Shown in pieces: positions 56,815 through 64,000 of a stretch of DNA of 64,000 nucleotides. Both the position numbers and the translations under genes were made by a program. The DNA is taken from NCBI GenBank assembly GCA_964016885.1, contig OZ024743.1:295678001-295742000 (forward strand). The letters are read 5' to 3'. Every line of letters starts with the position of its first letter. The stretch's first letter is position 1. The DNA is from Eledone cirrhosa (Eukaryota). Under the pieces are notes generated by a model, which was not told the origin of the DNA, made no database searches, and was given only the letters and a program-made list of their open reading frames with translations.

Positions 56815-59440
56815 ATTTCTTTATTAGCCACAAGGGCACAAAAGAAGGGGACAAATACAAATGGGGAGTTTACATAGAGGTATATGAAAATAAAACTATT
56901 AATAAAATAACAAATAATTGAAATCCCCAATAGGGGGGAGGCGTTACACGGTTTCCTCTTCGCGCACGCAATTCGGACAGATCTTTTTCGAAGGGTCCCT
57001 GCCAGGGCGCCCGTGTCTGTAGAGTTTATCTCGAACTGGTAGAGCTCCTCGGTAGCACTGCCAGGCCAGGGACTTTTGGAAGTTATACGTTGGTCCCGGG
57101 CGGAAGGTCTTACCGAAGAGACTGGCCAGTTCATCCTCCTCTACGTCTAGAATTTCTCCGAGCGCGTCGTCGCACTTGCTGCGGACCAACCCTCTATAGA
57201 ATGTCGAAGTGGAGTCTCCACTGATCGCCGGGTCCGTTTGCCAGAGGATGTGAGCGCCTGAGCATATTCGATGTGCCAGTCGCCCATTTTCCTCGGTCTT
57301 TGCATGACCCAGGACTGCAGCTCGGTCAGCGAGACGAGTCTTGGGAATGCTCGCCTCACGAACGGGGCCCACACCGGTTGTCTGATGAGTAATATGTGGA
57401 GGTGCCGCAGCCTGAGCGCGTGTTTGCGCATCGTCAGCCACAGCCTCTCCAGCCCTCCGTTTGAAGGGTGTTGGCAGCAGATGGATCTCCTCACCAAAGG
57501 AACCCATTTCTTCCAAAGGAATTGGTAGAGCGCGCGCTCCATTTTGGTGAACGTTTTGGCTGGAGAAGGCACGAAGGTCAAGCGGTAATAGATGACGGAC
57601 GCTATAAGAGTGTTCGCCACCTCCCCTCGACCTTTCAAGGATAGTTTGCACTCGGCCCACCTCTGGGTGAGCGCAAACAGCTTGGCCGTCACCTCGTTAC
57701 AGTTCTTTTCCACCTGGAGGTCCGGACCAAACCAGACCCCGAGCAGCTTTACCGGTCCTTCCGTCCAGCATCCGACGATGCCATCGGAAGGCATCGGTTT
57801 GCCTCTCCACGTTCCGAGTTGCAAACCAGCGGATTTTTTCCGGTTCAGCTTCGCTCCTGTGAATCTTTCGTATTACTCCAGTAAGGTGTCAACATCCCCA
57901 ATTTGCGAGGTGCTCGACACCATTACTGTCACGTCGTCGGAGTAGGCCGACGCCGCTTTTCACAGTCCCAGCTCCAACGAGATGCTCTGCAATAGCTCCA
58001 ACATCCGCAGTAATGGTTCGAGAGTCAGTACGTATAGAAGGGAGGAGATAGGGCATCCCTGTCGGATGGATCGCGTGATATGGAACGGCTCCGAGAGGTA
58101 GCCGTTCACCTTAACCCTTGAGCAGATGATGCTGCTGTGCATTGCAGCATTCTAGCCCCTGAACACGGGCCCGAAGCCTGCCGCCTCGTGCACAGCATCC
58201 AGATAACGATGGTCAACCCTATCGAAAGCCTTAGACTGATCCAAGTTGATCAGGGCTCCACCGAAGCCGGGTTTGCACCCTACCCTCTCTATGATGTATC
58301 GCATGGGGTGGAGGTTGTCGTGTATGGACCTGGTCGGGATTGCGCATGTCTGCGCTTCTCCCACCAGGTTTTCGACGACAAGCGCCAGCCTCTTTGCCAA
58401 CACCTTCGTCAAAATCTGTAAAGTGTTTAGCAGAGTTATGGGCTGGAAGTTGCCTATGTCATCCCCCTTATTCTCGTCCGTCCTGACTAACCTGACTACG
58501 CCCTTGGTCACAGAACTGGGAATTCTCCCGTTCTGCTGCCAGTTGCAGTAGACCTCTTCCAGGAGACCGGAGAACAAGTATGGCATTGCTACATAAAATT
58601 CGTCGGGTAGACCGTCGAGACTTGGAGATTTGCGCTTGCCGCATTGGATCAGCGCGTTCCCTATCTCAGCGGCCGAAATCGGCCTTTCGCAAAACTTCGC
58701 CTTGCTGTCCGAGAGTCGCGGTACGCTGTCGAGGTATGGACTGAAATCCATAGCCTCTCCCGGTGCGCTGCCCTGCCCGAACAGTTGAGCAAAGTGCAGC
58801 TGAAAGTCCGCGCACATCTGCTTCGGCTCACGTATCACGCGTCCGTCTTGGTCCTTCAAGACCGAATCGTGGACTTGTTGACACTTTTCGCCTCCGTCTC
58901 TCGGGTCCAGCTAACAGCTTTGGCTCCCTCGTTTCCCAGAGCATGTATTTTGCTTCTGACAACGCACCCTTCATGCTTTGCATCGAAGAACTGGTCCAAG
59001 GCAGTTCTCGTCGCTAGCACGCTGGCTACGTTGCCACGCCTAAGTGCCTCTTCTACTTTATTTACCAATTCCTTTTCGGTTTTATTCTATCTAACACTAA
59101 TTCTTTACTAAAATCTATCGAGTCTAATCTAACTGTCCTCTTGAGAGAGTACCACCATCTTTTGTTGGCAATAGCCCCCGTCAAGTGCTGCTTAACTATA
59201 GTGCTAATCCGTCTACTGTAGGTTTTGTATGTTGGTAACGACAAGTTCAGCTTCCAGTAGCCGGGTCCCTGTCTATGGGTTTTTTTCAAGGTTGACTAAG
59301 CAGGTCACTAATTTGTGATCTGAATAGGCAACCATGAACATTTGTGGACAGCTTAACATGTCCCTATCCTTCTTTCTAACTAGAACCCTATCTAGGTACG
59401 ATCTAGATGTTCCGCTAATATTAGTCCACGTCCACAGTGG
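56814..59440 (-). mobile_element. Tx1/L1-clade LINE copy 2: end of APE, RT and C-terminal region, 3' UTR; frameshifted
   Basis: SYLDRVLV..SDHKLV, GPGYWKLN, DQSKAFDRVDH, IRQGCPISSLLY, AYSDDVT, CPNC. Confidence 0.93.
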
Positions 59441-61342
59441 CACAGGAATGTAATTATGGTTGGATGTATGCAATTTATAAGCGTCTGGTATTTCAAGAAC
59501 ATAGTAAAATATAATCATGTGCAACCCACTTGATTCATGAGGTGTCGTCTTTTAAATCTGTATATTCCTCAGGCCTTATAATGTTACAATCATCGCCCGG
59601 TTTAACCTCATCATCCGACCAGTGAATGCGTTTAGCTGAGCCCATTCTCTTACAAACATTCGGGCCAAGTCTCCTGCTTGTAGGTATCCCCATCACTTCG
59701 ACCCACGTGTCTTGGACGGCCTGAAAATATCATGGGTACTGCCTTTCCCACCCTAACTAAAGAGTAATAAGAAATATCAGCACTATTTTCTGTGAGTAGT
59801 TTTCGCAGTTTTGTGGTTCGTTATGAATACATAAAAATTGGATGTAATGAAAATGTTTCTCAAATATTCAAATGTATTTGTTTTTATTTTTCTTCTAATC
59901 CAATGTATGGAGTCATTTGTTTGTTTGTTTTTAACAAATAGCAAGAACAAAATATGTTTGCTATCCTCTGTGAATTGTAACACTTTTTTATATTATCTTG
60001 GCAACTTTTTCGATTGCTATTGATCTTTGTGTAGTGTAGAAGTGTCAAAATAGATATTTCTACTTTAAAAAAATACTTTTCAATGAATATTGTGTGAGTA
60101 AGAAATGGTTGTGGTCTAACAGTAATTATTATCAGAATACATTATAATAACAAATTAAAATACGCTGCTGTTTAGTCTCAAGTCATCCCTTTTTATATGG
60201 TTTAGTTAGGGAATGAAGGGCAGTTCCCATGGCCCTTTCCCGAGTCTTCGAAACAAATGGAGATGGTCAGAAAGGATAAAGTTATCCTCAAATCAGAAGG
60301 AAAGCTTAAATATTTGCAATATAGTGAACTCTGCTAAATGCAACCAAAGGTTGGGCGGTAATATTAAACCTGGTGACTGAGGAATGCCGCCACCCAAATA
60401 GACAGCCACGAAACTTGAACCCAGAATCCACAGAGCCTAAGTAACTACAGCAAGGTATTTTGTTCTATTGCATTGCGATTCTGGTAATTCAACCAGTAGA
60501 CCTATCGATGAGAGGCAACAAAACCACGAACATTTTTTTTCAATTATAGAGAATCTAGCATGGCATTTATTAACAAATATATGTTTTATGATACGTATAT
60601 TGTAATGTACGAAAACGTTACTGCTATTTATCACAGCCTGAAGAATCTTGCACATAATCCCTCATTGTCTAGTGATATCATAGTTTGTGATGGTTATTTG
60701 AGTGTTTTAATTGTGATATTTATATAGTAACATTTTTTCATAGCATACGTTAATGTTTATTCGGATTCCAAATGCAGGTAACGCGAAAACTATTATAAAA
60801 TTGTATTTACTTCTGTTTTACTTTCAGTAAGTATATTTTCATGTCAACACGTCTGCATTAGTTATATCAGCAACACTAAACTTTCTAAATAACCTCTTAA
60901 ATGGAGGGTTTTGACTTATTGTATCAGCTATTTACACTCGAGGAGTAAATATTTTAATAGAAAACTTTACGATAGTAATGTGGCTATACATCGCATTCGA
61001 TTGTGACTGTAGATGAAACAGATCTTGAAAGTGTGTTTAGGTCATGTGGCTTGCTTGGGTTAAATAATATTTAGATTTCTAAGAGTCTATAGAGTCCTAA
61101 CGTTTGTCTTAAGCTCCAACATCCTACTGACGGCTGAAGTAAACAAACATTTCAAGAGCTGTTAAATTCAATGCAGACAGACTCAATTCCTATGTGTCTC
61201 CTTCAGCAATTTTCAGATATTGTATAATTAATAGAAATAATTTATATGTATATTTATACATATATATATATTATATATATATATATACATTATATACATA
61301 TATACATATATATTATATATACATATATATTGTATATATATA

Positions 61343-61409
<67 letters not shown>

Positions 61410-62477
61410 CATATATAAACAATGAGTTATATGCTTTGTTGATAAGTATTCAACAGAGATATGCTCATAGCAGATATGAAGCACTCTACAATTAAATTTC
61501 CCCCGGCGTATTGTAATAATAATAATAGTAATAAATGGACCCCCCCCCCCCCCCTCCACCGTTCTTGCTTTCTTATTCTCACTCCATTTTAAGCTATATA
61601 TATATGCTTGTGTGTCTGTGTTATTATATGTATGTCTGCATGCATGAATGAATAAACTAAGCTTTAGATTTAGTAGGATGTACAACCACTGATTCCAGCT
61701 ATTTGCACTATCGTATATTTTGGTTTCTAGTAATTCACTGGGGAATTGGTTGACCAAATGCTTTGTTTAATTGTTTTATTTATTTTTTTTTATTTTATTC
61801 CATCTCTTAGATTTCAGGTATTTTTTTAAAGCAAATCATTGGTCCCTAAAATACTACAGTGGGCCCTGCAATGCTACTATGGGCTCTTGCACTGCTACCG
61901 TGGACCCCCTGAGGCCTACTTGCCATTGGACAACCTGGCAACCTGGCCAGTCGGCCACTGTATATGTGTGCCTGTAGGGTGTGGTTGTTGCTTTTTAAAT
62001 TACAAAGATGCTTGATTGTTGATTGTTTGTATTCAAATAGTTTGTGATAATGATCAGTCGTATATGAAGGATCATTCCATGAATTTTTAAAGAATTTAAG
62101 TTTTAGTTTGGAGAATTATATTTATAAGAAATTCAATGCAGGTGTTTTAATGTAAGGTATTTATGTGTAGAAAGTAATTGGTATTGTTGACAAAAGAAGT
62201 TAAAGAATTTAGAATGAATTGTTTGAGGTTGTGATGATGGTGATGGGGGTGGAATTCAGATAAATTATGTATTTCGTTTCGCGATACATTATTTTAATTT
62301 GATACAAATACCTTGAATATGTTTGTTTGTTTGTTTGTTTGTTTTTGTCCTGGTGTAACTTAATATCATTATACAATGAGTTGCTATTATTGACTAGAAT
62401 ATCTGATAGTATGTTAGCATTTATTAAAGCAGCATTTGGCGTGTGTATATATATACATACATATATATATATATATA

Positions 62478-64000
62478 TCGAACCCAGACAACAACACCTC
62501 GGAATCAAACACAGCCAGATTCCCGACTTACCAACTGGATCGCCATTCTGTCCACCGCCTGCCAACCGCGAGCTGGAAGAAAAACTCTCGAGGCTAAAAC
62601 ATTCCGTACTTAACATCTTACGGAAACAGAAGAAGATAGCCCCAAACCTCTCCAGGACGCAACAACTCGCCCTGAAGAACCTGCGGAATAAGGAACTCAT
62701 ATACTTACCATCCGACAAAGGTAAAGAGTTTTGTGTCATCTCTCAAGCCACATACAACAACCTAGCCTTTGAACACCTAAGCGACAACGAACTGTATACA
62801 GAGATCCCGAACATAACTGCAGCCCAGATCGAAAAACAGGCCAACTCCATCTGGTTCGACATCTGTAGTAGAAGACAACTTCCAAATAAATTTAAGTTCA
62901 ATTACACCACTATAAATAGCAGACTGCCTACTTTCTATCACCTCATCAAGACCCACAAGAATAGTACTAAGACACAAATAAGACCCATCGTCTCTAGCAT
63001 AGAAGGACCCCTATACAAAATCTGATGGCTCCTCTCCCAGGTCCTTAAGCCTCTACTCTCCACCTTTCCCGGGCATGTCAGTAGCTCCGACGAGGTCATA
63101 CGTAGACTACACCAACTCCAGCCAGAACAACTTAAATTAAATAGATACGCCTTTAGCATGGAACACCCCGATGACCGCGGATCCCTATCCCTACTGGACT
63201 TCCAACTCAGGGTAACAGAGGAAGGCAACATCCACACCTGCTTCTATAATAAAGCCGCCAGCAGGGACCTGTTCGTACATTTCAGATCTGCCCTCCCAGC
63301 CAGCGCTAAGTTCGGATACATAAGGAACGAACTAACACGTATCCGGAACGAATGCACCGACGCAAGAGACCGAGGCACACGCATCACACATTTCCTGGAA
63401 GTACTTAACCGGAACGGATACTCGACGTCAACCGCGAACCGTGCCAGAAACAAGAGAAGACACCACGCCCGAGGCACTAACACCTGCTTCCTGAAGCTCC
63501 CACACTTCAGTGACGAAACAACAATAGCCATCCGCAGAGCTATCAGACGAGAGGGACTAGATATCCTGCTAGCCCACTCAGGACCTTCTCTACGCGGACA
63601 GCTGACCAAAAGACACTCCTCCAGACATGACAGCTGCTGCAGGCTAGCCAACTGCCCCATCAACGACACAGACCTAAGCCACCAGGCTTACGTCGTATAC
63701 AGATTAGAGTGCGACAAATGCAGCAATTTCTTCATAGGTAGCACCACCAGACCACTTCACGTAAGAATAAAAGAACACCTCAATACTAACGCTTCCTCAT
63801 TTAAGAAATACCTAGTGAAATGCAAAAACACCGACAAATAGTTAGTATAGAAGCTAAGGAAAGAAACCTCGGCAATCTTAGAATTAAAAAAGCACTGAAT
63901 ATAGACAAAACGCAACCACCAATCAATAACAGACTAGAACTCAACACCCAATTTTTAACATGATGGCGCACCTAGCCCCACACTTACACCTCCACGTATC
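62478..64000 (+). mobile_element. Penelope-like element with internally deleted RT core; GIY-YIG present; runs off the window end
   Basis: PSDKG, FYHLIKTHK, IRPIVSS, LLDF, VVYRLECDKC..FIGSTTRPLHVRIKEH; starts directly after (TA)n. Confidence 0.92.

Noticed and set aside
63023-63025. In-frame TGA in PLE RT as recoding
   Set aside because: More simply a point nonsense mutation in a dead copy

Overview
AT-rich, microsatellite-saturated eukaryotic DNA with no confidently identifiable host gene. The repeat spectrum suggests an invertebrate, probably a cephalopod or other mollusc (inference). Most ORFs in the track are (TA)n/(CA)n artefacts. The real coding remnants are all transposon-derived: at least six Penelope-like element (PLE) fragments (RT and/or GIY-YIG), two tandem Tx1/L1-type LINEs, a complete but frameshifted DD37D (maT) Tc1/mariner element, mariner MITEs and tRNA-derived SINEs. 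The most striking signal is about 17 hand-foldable type I minimal hammerhead ribozymes (HHR) from about 9 unrelated sequence families, plus several half or degenerate cores. Nearly all lie in PLE-type terminal repeats arranged as fold-back inverted repeats (60 bp to 4 kb) embedded in (TA)n tracts. Within a family the two arms end at reproducible, different 3' positions, and the inversion point often lies at or inside the ribozyme. All folds and coordinates were read by eye and are approximate.
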